Assembly (NCBI GenBank): GCA_027082825.1
Contig: JALWTO010000040.1
Location: 77,863 to 141,862, forward strand
Length of the DNA: 64,000 bases
Direction: 5' to 3'
Source of the DNA: Acidilobaceae archaeon
Lineage (GTDB): Archaea; Thermoproteota; Thermoprotei_A; Sulfolobales; Acidilobaceae
A program made the position numbers and the translations under genes. Positions 54,236 to 63,086 of the stretch are shown here, piece after piece. Within the stretch, counting starts at the first letter, position 1. Each line of letters starts with the position of its first letter. The notes beneath the pieces were generated by a model. That model was not told the DNA's origin and did not search any database. It saw only the letters and a program-made list of their open reading frames with translations.

Positions 54236-54994
54236 TCATTCCCTTACCATTTCAAGTAACGCCAAGGCTATCATCGAAAGTATTCTATGGGTTTCGGCTT
54301 CGTCTTTCTCATATTTCTCTAGAGACTCTTCAAAGGCCGTAGAGAACTCTCTCACACTTCTTTGAAGAACTTCAACTATCATTACCTCCAAGCTAGGATA
54401 GAGAAACTGCAAAGCATAAAGAGGTGAAGCAACAGTGTCTATTGCAACTACTGGCTTTATCTTAGTATACTCCTGTACTTTTTCAGATTCTAAAGTGGCA
54501 AGCTTTGGAGAGTCTACAGATATAGTATATCCTATATAATAATTGAAGTCTCCATAGTTAGCTGTAACTAAGTTCTCTTTGACCCTATTAAAGAGCTTTG
54601 TTGAAGCAATTAGAGGAACCCCATTTGGAACAAGTCTACTTGAAACTGAATCTAAAGGTATAGAGGCACTTGTCAAGAGAACGGAACCTTCTGCTATTCC
54701 GCTCTTAATTCTGTAAGCTCTCATAACAGCTAATATAGTCCTCACACCAAATATCGTTAGCTCAGTAACAGCCTCATACACAGCAGAAGGAAAAGGAGGG
54801 ACCGTGGCTATAAGAATGCTCTGTTCCTTACCTCCAACTGTTGCCTTGAAACCTGGATATCCTATATATTCTCCAAATGCGCCTTCAAGAGACTTTTTGA
54901 TATTGTTGTACACTTCTTCGCAGTCAAAAATCAATGCTGCCCTAGGAGAAACGCCATGAAGACCTGTTACTAATCCAACACCACTGATAACCAC
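54236..54994 (-). CDS. hypothetical protein, possibly nucleoside-phosphorylase (PNP_UDP_1)-fold
   Basis: 252 aa with a GTG start. Alternating beta/alpha pattern with ...ILIATVPPFPSAVYEAVTELTIFGVRTILAVMRAYRI...GSVLLTSASIPLD... reminiscent of phosphorylase-superfamily proteins. Weak. Confidence 0.3.
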   Translation of the reverse strand: MVISGVGLVTGLHGVSPRAALIFDCEEVYNNIKKSLEGAFGEYIGYPGFKATVGGKEQSILIATVPPFPSAVYEAVTELTIFGVRTILAVMRAYRIKSGIAEGSVLLTSASIPLDSVSSRLVPNGVPLIASTKLFNRVKENLVTANYGDFNYYIGYTISVDSPKLATLESEKVQEYTKIKPVVAIDTVASPLYALQFLYPSLEVMIVEVLQRSVREFSTAFEESLEKYEKDEAETHRILSMIALALLEMVRE

Positions 54995-55010
54995 TTCTCC
55001 GCACCTTGCA

Positions 55011-55063
55011 GGGAGGGGGGTAATCCTTTTATCTAATAGGGGTAGGGGGGTTATATAGGGGGG
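55011..55063 (+). promoter_or_regulatory. cluster of five G-tracts (G3, G6, G4, G6, G6) embedded in a 74-bp divergent promoter region
   Basis: GGGAGGGGGGTAATCCTTTTATCTAATAGGGGTAGGGGGGTTATATAGGGGGG read directly. The A/T cores CCTTTTATCTAATA and TTATATA are TATA-like. The region ends 5 nt before the speH ATG. Confidence 0.55.
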
Positions 55064-55068
55064 TCGGA

Positions 55069-55473
55069 ATGAGTAGAGGTATATTTGCTGAGGAAAAGGA
55101 ATTAGAACAGAGCAGGCTCGATAGATATAGGGTCTATGGGAAACATGTATATGGAAATCTTTATGGATGTCATAACAAGGTACTTCTCAAGGATCCTGAA
55201 AGACTGAAGAGCATTGTATTAAATGCTGCCATGAGAGGTAATATGACCCTCTTAGATATAAAGTCCTGGAAAATAGGAGAGGGAGTGAGTCTAATTGCAA
55301 TAGTCCTTGAAAGCCATATAGCAATCCATACATGGCCAGAGTATGATTTTGCAACAGTAGACGTTTATACCTGTGGTCATGAAAGCGACCCCCAGGCAGC
55401 CTTCGACTATATAGTGTCTGCACTACTACCTAAGAGAGTCACATTGGGCTTTGCAGACAGATCATTAGAATAG
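55069..55473 (+). CDS. speH: S-adenosylmethionine decarboxylase proenzyme (pyruvoyl type)
   Basis: 134 aa. [11 protein letters not shown] and the self-cleavage/active-site context [25 protein letters not shown]. Confidence 0.85.
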   Translation: MSRGIFAEEKELEQSRLDRYRVYGKHVYGNLYGCHNKVLLKDPERLKSIVLNAAMRGNMTLLDIKSWKIGEGVSLIAIVLESHIAIHTWPEYDFATVDVYTCGHESDPQAAFDYIVSALLPKRVTLGFADRSLE

Positions 55474-55505
55474 TTTTTTACATTATCTTCTTTTTCTTTT
55501 GCTTC
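55474..55505 (+). terminator. T-rich termination tract after speH
   Basis: TTTTTTACATTATCTTCTTTTTCTTTTGCTTC follows the TAG stop immediately. Confidence 0.4.
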
Positions 55506-55547
55506 TCATGCCATAACTATAAACTACTTACTACTAATATCATTATA

Positions 55548-56321
55548 ATGCTTATTAAGAGTTCTTGTTGTCTTGAGAGACTTGGTGGACAAAATTTGGT
55601 AGAACTTCTCTATCAAAAAGATAGCTATTTGAAGAAGTTTGAAGCTACGATTACAAACATAAAAGAAGATAAGATTTTTCTTGATAAGACAGCTTTTCAT
55701 CCTAGACCTTCAGGAGGTCTTGATGCCGATACTGGCCTTCTTATAGTATCTAGTCCTGATATTAAAGTAAATGTAGTCGACACCTTTCTAGAAGATAACA
55801 ACATAGCTCACAAAGTCGATAACCCTTCCAAGCTTAAGGCTGGAATGAATATAGTAGGAATTCTTAATTGGGAGAGAAGATATCGTATGATGAAGCTCCA
55901 TACAGCAAGTCATATTGTTACTGCAATACTTTATAAAAAATATGGTGCCAAAGTCACAGGTGGACATATAACACCAGAGATTGCCAGGGACGATTTCGAT
56001 CTAAGTAGCGTTGAAAAGTGGAAGGAGGCCTTAGAGGATGCTGTCAACGAGGCTAACTCTATAATATCAAAGTGTATAGAGGTAAAGGTTTACTGGCTTC
56101 CAAGAGATGAAGCACTAAAAATACCAGGAATCGTGAAATTAGCCGAAAGATCTCCTCCTAATGTTGATTTTGTCAGAATTGTTGAAATCCCTGAGATTGA
56201 TATACAACTTGATGGTGCACCTCATGTCAGGAATACCTGTGAGATAGGAAAAATTGAAATACTTAAAATTGAGAGCAAAGGTAGGAGAAGGAAAAGACTT
56301 TACTACAAACTTGAGGATTGA
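55548..56321 (+). CDS. alaX: AlaX-type alanyl-tRNA editing (trans-editing) protein
   Basis: HxxxH motif in MKLHTASHIVTAIL and a second metal-motif region IQLDGAPHVRNT. The likely real start is TTG at 55596 (MVELLYQKDSYLKKFEA...) after GGTGG. Confidence 0.7.
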   Translation: MLIKSSCCLERLGGQNLVELLYQKDSYLKKFEATITNIKEDKIFLDKTAFHPRPSGGLDADTGLLIVSSPDIKVNVVDTFLEDNNIAHKVDNPSKLKAGMNIVGILNWERRYRMMKLHTASHIVTAILYKKYGAKVTGGHITPEIARDDFDLSSVEKWKEALEDAVNEANSIISKCIEVKVYWLPRDEALKIPGIVKLAERSPPNVDFVRIVEIPEIDIQLDGAPHVRNTCEIGKIEILKIESKGRRRKRLYYKLED

Positions 56322-56914
56322 CCTCTATCTTCCCATAACCTTAACCTCTCTTTCCTCCTAATGTCCCTCATGAGTCTGTCAACTCTCTTATAAACTGTAC
56401 TATGCATTCTACCTTCAGCAAGCATTTCTACAGCTTCTTTAGCAATCATAGCCCTCTCGTAATCACCGATTATGGCAACATAAGTATCGCCAACAACCAT
56501 ATTCACTCCTGTCATCTCCTCTATAGTCCTTCTAGCCCTACCTTTCTCACCTATGATTCTACCTTTGATTCGTGTAAGATGATTAGGGCTGTCCCCTACA
56601 ATATTCTTAAGATCTACAATAACAAGTATCTTATCCTCATCAAGCAGCTCAAAGGCCTTATCTGGTGAAAAACCATATGCAATTGCCTTAATCACCTCTG
56701 TGGCTTTCATAACATTTATTGGACTTGTTTTTGAAGACTCACCTTCAACTACAACAATACCGTTTTCTGTATCAATTGTTATAATAGTTTCAGTTTTCTC
56801 CATGAGCTCTTTTTTGACTTCACCTTTGGTCCCTATAACTACTCCAAGCCTATCAGGCGGTACCTTAACATACATTCTAGGCCTTAAAGGTTGTGATCCT
56901 TCTTTCTGAGACAT
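56303..56914 (-). CDS. double-KH-domain RNA-binding protein (aDim2/Pno1-like)
   Basis: 203 aa. VKVPPDRLGVVIGTKGEVKKEL (KH1, GxxG) and RIKGRIIGEKGRARRTIEEMTG (KH2). Conserved aIF1A-Rio1-KH neighbourhood. Confidence 0.75.
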   Translation of the reverse strand: MSQKEGSQPLRPRMYVKVPPDRLGVVIGTKGEVKKELMEKTETIITIDTENGIVVVEGESSKTSPINVMKATEVIKAIAYGFSPDKAFELLDEDKILVIVDLKNIVGDSPNHLTRIKGRIIGEKGRARRTIEEMTGVNMVVGDTYVAIIGDYERAMIAKEAVEMLAEGRMHSTVYKRVDRLMRDIRRKERLRLWEDRGQSSSL

Positions 56915-57690
56915 TCTAGGACATCACCTCTTAGAAGTTCAATATCCTTATGTATATCAAGCCTTTTTCCGAAAAAATAATTAAGGTTTCTTAGATCTCT
57001 TTCCAGAAAATCCCTAGAACTAGGGTGATTTATATGAACTGCCTGAGCCACATCTATGATCCAAGGCCTGTCCTTCCATAACATAATATTGTACTCACTG
57101 AGATCTGAGTGTATAAGACCTGCATCACATATCATTTTCTTTAACTGAGCTTTTATATCATTCCATATACTAAGAAGATCATCAAAGTCAAGATCATCAA
57201 CCACTTCTACAAGCAAAGGGGCTCTATAACCTTTCTCTCCTAAGAACTCCATAACCAATATGTTGCCCTGAAAAGCTATAGGATTAGGCACCCTAACTCC
57301 TGCCTCCCTTAACCTCTTAAGGTTTCTGAACTCCTTTCTTGTCCATTCGTATATCAATTTTCTGAAATCATTCTTCGACACATTTTCAAACCTTGGGTCT
57401 CCCTCAATGTATTTTCTAATGCTTTTTCTAAACTCCGCAGTAAAAGATAAATAGATCTTGACTGCAAGATCCTCACCTTTTCTTGACTTTGCCCAATAAA
57501 TTCTGGCCTCCTTACCTGAACTGACAACCCCCTTTATTTCCCACAAAACACCTCTAGTCTCTAATCTATAAAGGTGACCAAGAGTTATATAATCAAAAAC
57601 CTCTTCAACAGTCTTTGTAAGATCTCGATCCTTCCTTCTATTGAGTAGCTCCTCCCTCTCTCTCTTTAGCCAGCGATTTCTCCATTTCAT
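56884..57690 (-). CDS. rio1: RIO-type serine protein kinase Rio1
   Basis: 268 aa. GVVSSGKEARIYWA (P-loop-like), LIHSDLSEYNIM (catalytic loop), IIDVAQAV (metal-binding loop). No N-terminal wHTH, so Rio1 rather than Rio2. Confidence 0.85.
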   Translation of the reverse strand: MKWRNRWLKREREELLNRRKDRDLTKTVEEVFDYITLGHLYRLETRGVLWEIKGVVSSGKEARIYWAKSRKGEDLAVKIYLSFTAEFRKSIRKYIEGDPRFENVSKNDFRKLIYEWTRKEFRNLKRLREAGVRVPNPIAFQGNILVMEFLGEKGYRAPLLVEVVDDLDFDDLLSIWNDIKAQLKKMICDAGLIHSDLSEYNIMLWKDRPWIIDVAQAVHINHPSSRDFLERDLRNLNYFFGKRLDIHKDIELLRGDVLECLRKKDHNL

Positions 57691-58049
57691 TCTAGAACCT
57701 CCTCTAGCATCTCCTCAGGTAGGAGACCCTTCTCTATAAGCTTTCTCACCTGATCCCTTAGATATCTATAGACGACCTCTCCTTTCATATCTCTAGTCCC
57801 CCAAGGCAAAAAGAGAATCACATCTCCTTCTCTCATCCATACTCTTCTCCTCATCTTCCCTGGAATCCAAGCCTTGTATACTTGTCCATCAACACACAGA
57901 ACCTGCAGGAATCCTCCTCCTATGTTCTGTTGAACAACACAAAGCATAGTTCCTTCATCTTCGTTTGGTAAAGGAAGTTCTTTACTCTTCTCTTCACGTC
58001 TGCCCTTCTTACGCTTAGGCATCTTTTTCACCTCTACATTAAGCATCAC
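57687..58049 (-). CDS. eif1A: translation initiation factor aIF1A
   Basis: 120 aa. Basic N-terminus, then an OB fold ...GTMLCVVQQNIGGGFLQVLCVDGQVYKAWIPGKMRRRVWMREGDVILF. Confidence 0.85.
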   Translation of the reverse strand: MMLNVEVKKMPKRKKGRREEKSKELPLPNEDEGTMLCVVQQNIGGGFLQVLCVDGQVYKAWIPGKMRRRVWMREGDVILFLPWGTRDMKGEVVYRYLRDQVRKLIEKGLLPEEMLEEVLE

Positions 58050-58080
58050 AACGACAGTTTATTTGTTGCTTTTTGCTTTA

Positions 58081-59568
58081 TTAAATCTTTGTAAACTTTT
58101 GCTGTTCTCTTATGAACCACTCTGTTTTCTCTTTTTTATCCATCAATTGTATTCCAAGAAGTGAAAGCCTTTCCCTTATTACATCACTTAAATCGTAAAG
58201 CTTCCTTTTTCTGAGCTCTGATCTGATCTCAACTATCAGATCAATGAGACTGTCTAACGATATACCTTGTTCAATAGGTATTTCGCCGAGAAATTCCCTA
58301 TCTGCTATACCAAAAACTTCATTCATATCTTTAAGTGCCTTATATGCAAAAATGACAACAGCCGAATTCTCTATGTGAGATACACTGGAAAAAATAATGC
58401 CTAGAAGCTGATTCAAAGCACTTTGAGCCTCTGCAAAATTAAAGTCTTCGCTTAAGGCTTTATGAAAGCCCAACAGTGTCTTTTCTATGTTCCTGATAAC
58501 TAGTATCTCATCGTCACTTATACTATGAGCAGGTTCCAAGCTTTTAATCATTCTTGACAACAGCTGTGATGCTCTCAGAAACCTATCTAAAATTCTTCTA
58601 CTGTTTTCTAAACTTTCCTCAGAGAACTCTAGATACCTTCTATAGTGAGCACTAAGAAGCCATAGTCTTATAACTCTAGGATCCCATTTTTTGAATAGTT
58701 CCTTAAGACTTATTATGTTACCGAGACTTTTGCTCATCTTCTCTCCTTTAATCATGAGCATGCCTGAATGAAGCCAGTATTTAACCCAAGGCCTCACGTT
58801 AAGGACACACTCGCTTTGCGCTCTTTCATTTTCATGATGAGGAAATACAAGATCCTGTCCTCCACCATGAATGTCTACTCTTGGACCCAGAAACTTAGTG
58901 CTCATAACACTACACTCTATATGCCAACCAGGCCTTCCCTTTCCCCAAGGACTTTCCCACCAAGGCTCTCCAGGTTTTGCTGCCTTCCATAAAGCAAAAT
59001 CATAAGGATTTTTTTTCTCATATACAAACTCTTCCTCTTGATCCCACATATCCTTAGAAATCCTTCCACTAAGTTCTCCATAAAACTTATAGGAGGACAC
59101 ATCAAAGTAAACACTACCACTTTTAGTTATATAGGCATGTCCTTTTTCTACAAGGATTTTTATGAATTCTATTATATCATCTATATGCTCACTCACCTTT
59201 GGATGATAATCTACTTTTATGTTTAACTTCTTCAGATTCTCCATATAATCTTTAATATAAATCTCAGCAAGCTCTTTCCAAGCCATTCCCCTTTCATTTG
59301 CTCTATTTATTATCTTATCATCGATATCTGTTATATTTTGAACATAAATAACATCGTAGCCCCTAAGCCTTAGATACCTTTTTATGGAATCAAATACAAC
59401 AAAGGTCCTTGCATGTCCTATATGCATGTAATCGTATACTGTAAGGCCACAGACATACATCTTAACAATAGGAGGACTAAACGGTTCAAATTTCTCCATT
59501 CTCCTCCCAAGGGTATTGAAGAGTGATATATCCCTTGACATGCAATCACCACAGCTCTTCATGGACAT
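58081..59568 (-). CDS. cysS: cysteine--tRNA ligase
   Basis: HIGHARTFVVFD (HIGH) and KMSKSLGN (KMSKS). The real start is possibly ATG at 59541 (MSRDISLFNTLG...). Confidence 0.92.
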   Translation of the reverse strand: MSMKSCGDCMSRDISLFNTLGRRMEKFEPFSPPIVKMYVCGLTVYDYMHIGHARTFVVFDSIKRYLRLRGYDVIYVQNITDIDDKIINRANERGMAWKELAEIYIKDYMENLKKLNIKVDYHPKVSEHIDDIIEFIKILVEKGHAYITKSGSVYFDVSSYKFYGELSGRISKDMWDQEEEFVYEKKNPYDFALWKAAKPGEPWWESPWGKGRPGWHIECSVMSTKFLGPRVDIHGGGQDLVFPHHENERAQSECVLNVRPWVKYWLHSGMLMIKGEKMSKSLGNIISLKELFKKWDPRVIRLWLLSAHYRRYLEFSEESLENSRRILDRFLRASQLLSRMIKSLEPAHSISDDEILVIRNIEKTLLGFHKALSEDFNFAEAQSALNQLLGIIFSSVSHIENSAVVIFAYKALKDMNEVFGIADREFLGEIPIEQGISLDSLIDLIVEIRSELRKRKLYDLSDVIRERLSLLGIQLMDKKEKTEWFIREQQKFTKI

Positions 59569-59667
59569 TTCTAGTTTGAAGTTTTAAAAGTGTTCACTTA
59601 AAGAGGTCTTTTATAAAAACTCTTTTGTCGCTTAAGAATAAAATTCTGATAAGGAAAGCCATGAAAG

Positions 59668-60810
59668 TTGGAAAGGGGGAATAGAGTGGTTGAGGCTCTC
59701 TTTGAGCTGATAGTTCACAAGATTCCAGTAAAACCAGAGCCATACCTCTCCATAGCATTGATGTCAATATTAGCCATAGTTTTAATATTACCCTTCATAT
59801 CAAGAGTGGTAGAGGAAAATCTAGAATATTTCTTTTTTGGTATGGGCCTACTAGGAGTTATAATTAACATAATAGCTGGAATATTCAGAGAAACAAATCT
59901 TCTTAAGATGCTTCTTTTGAAGGCAGCGACCTCACCCGTTGTAATAAATGGACATCCAATAGGCATAACCCAAGTTGTTTTCATATTCGGCCTGATATTC
60001 TTGTACTTTTATAGGCCCATTTACAGAGGAATAGGGCATATTCTAGACAAGGTTGGACTTCCTGTTTTTACATTTATAATTGTAGCTACCCTAGGATTAA
60101 TATCAAGTTTCATAAGTGTAATAGTAACTGCAGTGATATTGGCAGAAGTGGTATATGCCCTTCCTATTGATAGGAAGGGTAAGCTGGAGTTTACTGTGTA
60201 TGCCTCCTTTGCTGTTGGTCTAGGAGCTGCTTTGACACCTGTAGGAGAACCTCTAGCCACAATAGCAATAAGCAAATTAAATGCTCCTTTCCTTTACCTT
60301 GTTGATATACTTGGTGTTTTTATAATCCCTGGAATCCTGGCCGTTGCAGCCTTTACGGCATATAGAATAAGAATACATAAGGAAAAGCTCGCTGGTTTTT
60401 CGATGAAAGAGGTCACTTACAGTGAAACCCTCAGGGGTGTCATAGAAAGAACTTTGAGAGTCTACATCTTCGTTGCTGCACTTGAACTTCTGGGAGCAAG
60501 CTTAACCCCTATAACTATCTGGTACTTTACAAGGTTGCCTGCTCACATACTCTATTGGGTTAACACTATAAGTGCTGTAGTTGATAATGCAACACTTACG
60601 GCAGCAGAGATAAGCCCAACAATGACTGTTGCTCAGATAAGAAGTGCTCTTCTGGGACTCCTTATATCTGGGGGGATGTTGATTCCCGGGAACATACCAA
60701 ACATAGTTGCTGCAGGAAGACTGAAGATATCCATGAAAGATTGGGCAAAGTTAGGAGTTCCCTTTGGGCTTGTTCTGCTAATTATATACTTTGTTATACT
60801 TTACTTTTAG
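59668..60810 (+). CDS. polytopic membrane protein (about 10 TM helices; possible cation transporter, DUF1646-like)
   Basis: 380 aa, hydrophobic throughout. The family assignment is from memory of overall look only. Confidence 0.35.
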   Translation: MERGNRVVEALFELIVHKIPVKPEPYLSIALMSILAIVLILPFISRVVEENLEYFFFGMGLLGVIINIIAGIFRETNLLKMLLLKAATSPVVINGHPIGITQVVFIFGLIFLYFYRPIYRGIGHILDKVGLPVFTFIIVATLGLISSFISVIVTAVILAEVVYALPIDRKGKLEFTVYASFAVGLGAALTPVGEPLATIAISKLNAPFLYLVDILGVFIIPGILAVAAFTAYRIRIHKEKLAGFSMKEVTYSETLRGVIERTLRVYIFVAALELLGASLTPITIWYFTRLPAHILYWVNTISAVVDNATLTAAEISPTMTVAQIRSALLGLLISGGMLIPGNIPNIVAAGRLKISMKDWAKLGVPFGLVLLIIYFVILYF

Positions 60811-60823
60811 GAGGTGAAGAGTA

Positions 60824-61168
60824 ATAGATCGTGAGGAATTAAAGGAGATTGTTTATACATTAACTCAGCTAATTCCTCTAGGAAAGGTAAGCACTTATTC
60901 AAGCATTGCAAAGCTTTTAGGAAAAAACCCCAGAGTTATTGCAAGGATTCTTAAAGAAAATAAGGATCCTATAGTAATTCCTTGTCACAGAGTCATTTAT
61001 AAAGATAGAAGGTTAGGCGGTTATTCTTTCGGAGGAATGAAAATAAAGAAGAAACTCCTCGAACTTGAAGGAGTGAAAATTATAGATGACAAAGTGGTCA
61101 GGAATTTTGTTATTGACATTGAAGAGACTATGAAAGATGGATATCAAATAGAGGTTGATCTAGGATGA
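60824..61168 (+). CDS. MGMT/Ogt DNA-binding-and-active-site domain protein (single-domain, PCHR Cys present); no canonical start codon
   Basis: Absent from the ORF track. The frame is open from 60818 to TGA at 61166-61168. Translation: (I)DREELKEIVYTLTQLIPLGKVSTYSSIAKLLGKNPRVIARILKENKDPIVIPCHRVIYKDRRLGGYSFGGMKIKKKLLELEGVKI... The PCHRV active site and GGY...K..LLE.EG are textbook Ogt C-domain. A perfect SD GGAGGTGA (60810-60817) sits 6 nt before ATA at 60824. There is no in-frame ATG/GTG/TTG until codon ~71. The stop overlaps the aglH ATG (ATGA). Confidence 0.65.
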   Translation: MDREELKEIVYTLTQLIPLGKVSTYSSIAKLLGKNPRVIARILKENKDPIVIPCHRVIYKDRRLGGYSFGGMKIKKKLLELEGVKIIDDKVVRNFVIDIEETMKDGYQIEVDLG

Positions 61169-62175
61169 GCCTACTTCTTAGAACAGTTATAGCATCAAGC
61201 GTGGCCTTTCTTACAACTTTCTATCTCGAAAGGTTCTGGATTAAGGCTGCTAGAGCTAGGGGATTTGTCGGAAAGGATATGAACAAGTCAGAAAGACCTG
61301 AGGTTGCAGAAGCTGGAGGAATATGGTCTCTCATAGGAATTTCATTTGGGATCCTAGTATATGAGGCCCTTTTTGTCTATATAAACAAAACATTTTATAG
61401 AAGTGCTGATATCTTTGCATTAGTAATTACATTGCTCCTTTCAGGTTTTCTGGGCTTTGTAGATGATATCATGGGATGGAAGAAAGGAATCCCTGTATGG
61501 AGCAGAATAGTATTCTTATTTCCAATCGCACTACCATTAATGGTAATAAAGGCCGGTGTCTCCAGAATGGAGTTACCTATAGTTGGCGTAGTGAACTTTG
61601 GCCTTTTCTATCCATTACTCGTAGTTCCTATAGGAATTCTAGGAGCGGCAAATGCGTTCAACATGATTGCTGGATTTAATGGGCTCGAGGCAGGTATGGG
61701 TATACTCCTTCTTCTCTTTACTTCCATCTATGCCTTCGCAAAATCCTTAGAATTGAGTTTCATCTCATCCATAATAGGGATAGCTTCAATAATAGCCTTC
61801 CTTTATTATAACAAGTTTCCATCCAAGGTATTCCCTGGAAATGCATTCACCTATGGAATAGGAGCTTTTTATGCCTCTCTTATCGTCTTGAATGACTTTC
61901 AAAAGTTTGGGGTCACACTATTTCTCCTGTACTTCATAGAGCTTGCACTTTTCACCAGAGGACTCAAAGATGGAGTCTATAAAGAGAACTTTGCAAAAGT
62001 AGACAACAATGGACTTCTGTATCCACCATATTCAAAATCATATAGCTTGACACATGTTGCCATAAAGATTGTGAATAAAATTAAAGGTAGAGGAGCTAAA
62101 GAACGTGAAGTAGTTCTTGTTCTTCTTATGCTTCAGACTATAGTTGGAGTCATTACACTGGCAATCTTTCTATAA
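61165..62175 (+). CDS. aglH: UDP-GlcNAc:dolichyl-phosphate GlcNAc-1-phosphotransferase-like (GT4/MraY-WecA family)
   Basis: 336 aa, polytopic. GKDMNKSERPEVAEAGG, FLGFVDDIMG and NAFNMIAGFNGLEAG are family signatures. Confidence 0.7.
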   Translation: MSLLLRTVIASSVAFLTTFYLERFWIKAARARGFVGKDMNKSERPEVAEAGGIWSLIGISFGILVYEALFVYINKTFYRSADIFALVITLLLSGFLGFVDDIMGWKKGIPVWSRIVFLFPIALPLMVIKAGVSRMELPIVGVVNFGLFYPLLVVPIGILGAANAFNMIAGFNGLEAGMGILLLLFTSIYAFAKSLELSFISSIIGIASIIAFLYYNKFPSKVFPGNAFTYGIGAFYASLIVLNDFQKFGVTLFLLYFIELALFTRGLKDGVYKENFAKVDNNGLLYPPYSKSYSLTHVAIKIVNKIKGRGAKEREVVLVLLMLQTIVGVITLAIFL

Positions 62176-62178
62176 AAA

Positions 62179-62901
62179 TTAAAACAATGATTTTGATATT
62201 TTCCAGTTTCCATATTCCTCATCATAGTATATGAACCCTGAACTGACTAACTTCTTGAAAAGTTTTGCAACAATGGGCTTTCCAATAGCCGCAGCCATAA
62301 GACCTGCTGCCTCGTTAGGATCCTTTACCATAACCTGGCTGATAGCCTCTCTGAACTTATCCCATAAATCCTTATCTATTGCAACTTTTTCCCCATCAAT
62401 ATCTATCACAATAGCACCTTCTCTTTCTAGTTTTTGAAAAAACCTTTCTGGAGCCTTGAGCCATCCCATATCCTCTTGAAAGACTACCCCTTCAGATCTT
62501 AACCTTTCAATTGCAGATGTCCCTTTCCTAGTTCTTTCTATCCTTTTCTGTCTCTGTGGGATAATTGTTTCCTCTTCCTTAGACTGAGGTCTTGTTTGGG
62601 AAAGACTCTCTATCATCTCCATAATCTCTCCTAGTCTCTTATAAATTTCATCTATCTTAGCTGTATACGGATTAAGAAGATCAGAAATAAGACGCTCAAC
62701 TCTTTTTGTTACACCTCCAATATCTTTAGCTACCTTTCCTCCTTCCTTAAGAGAGGAGGATATCATATATGACAAGAAGTCAGAAACTGTTTCAAACCCT
62801 TCTCTCTCTGCAAAAATTTTCGCAAGTTCATAATCCTCCCTGCTTAACCAGACCCTCAGTGGTACCCCTTTTCTTTTTGCCAAAAATCTACACCTAACCA
62901 A
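62179..62901 (-). CDS. hypothetical protein with an N-terminal ribbon-helix-helix-like segment
   Basis: 240 aa. VPLRVWLSREDYELAKIFAEREGFETVSDFLSYMI fits a CopG/RHH beta-alpha-alpha pattern, followed by a coiled coil and a C-terminal globular part (possibly wHTH). Confidence 0.45.
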   Translation of the reverse strand: MVRCRFLAKRKGVPLRVWLSREDYELAKIFAEREGFETVSDFLSYMISSSLKEGGKVAKDIGGVTKRVERLISDLLNPYTAKIDEIYKRLGEIMEMIESLSQTRPQSKEEETIIPQRQKRIERTRKGTSAIERLRSEGVVFQEDMGWLKAPERFFQKLEREGAIVIDIDGEKVAIDKDLWDKFREAISQVMVKDPNEAAGLMAAAIGKPIVAKLFKKLVSSGFIYYDEEYGNWKISKSLF

Positions 62902-63028
62902 ATAAAACAGTTATCGGCTCTTATTATTTTGTTTCATTTAAATAACCTTGAACTTTAATATACCTTATCCAAATTCCAATCCGCGCTCTATAAAAACACG
63001 ATAACAAATAATAATCCATTTATCTTTG

Positions 63029-63037
63029 TATATAAAA
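63029..63037 (+). promoter_or_regulatory. TATA box TATATAAAA upstream of the zinc-ribbon gene
   Basis: Strong TATA consensus ~58 nt before TTG 63087. GAGGGG SD-like element at 63073-63078. Confidence 0.45.
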
Positions 63038-63086
63038 GTAGAGCTTGAGAATAGAGTTTCTGAAGCAAAGAAGAGGGGTTCATCTC

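Noticed and set aside
60814-60840. GTG codons at 60814 and 60831 as starts for the MGMT-domain ORF, via frameshifting.
   Set aside because: Both are out of frame and terminate after 6 and 3 sense codons. No slippery heptamer is evident. ATA at 60824 (or a base-call error there) is more parsimonious.
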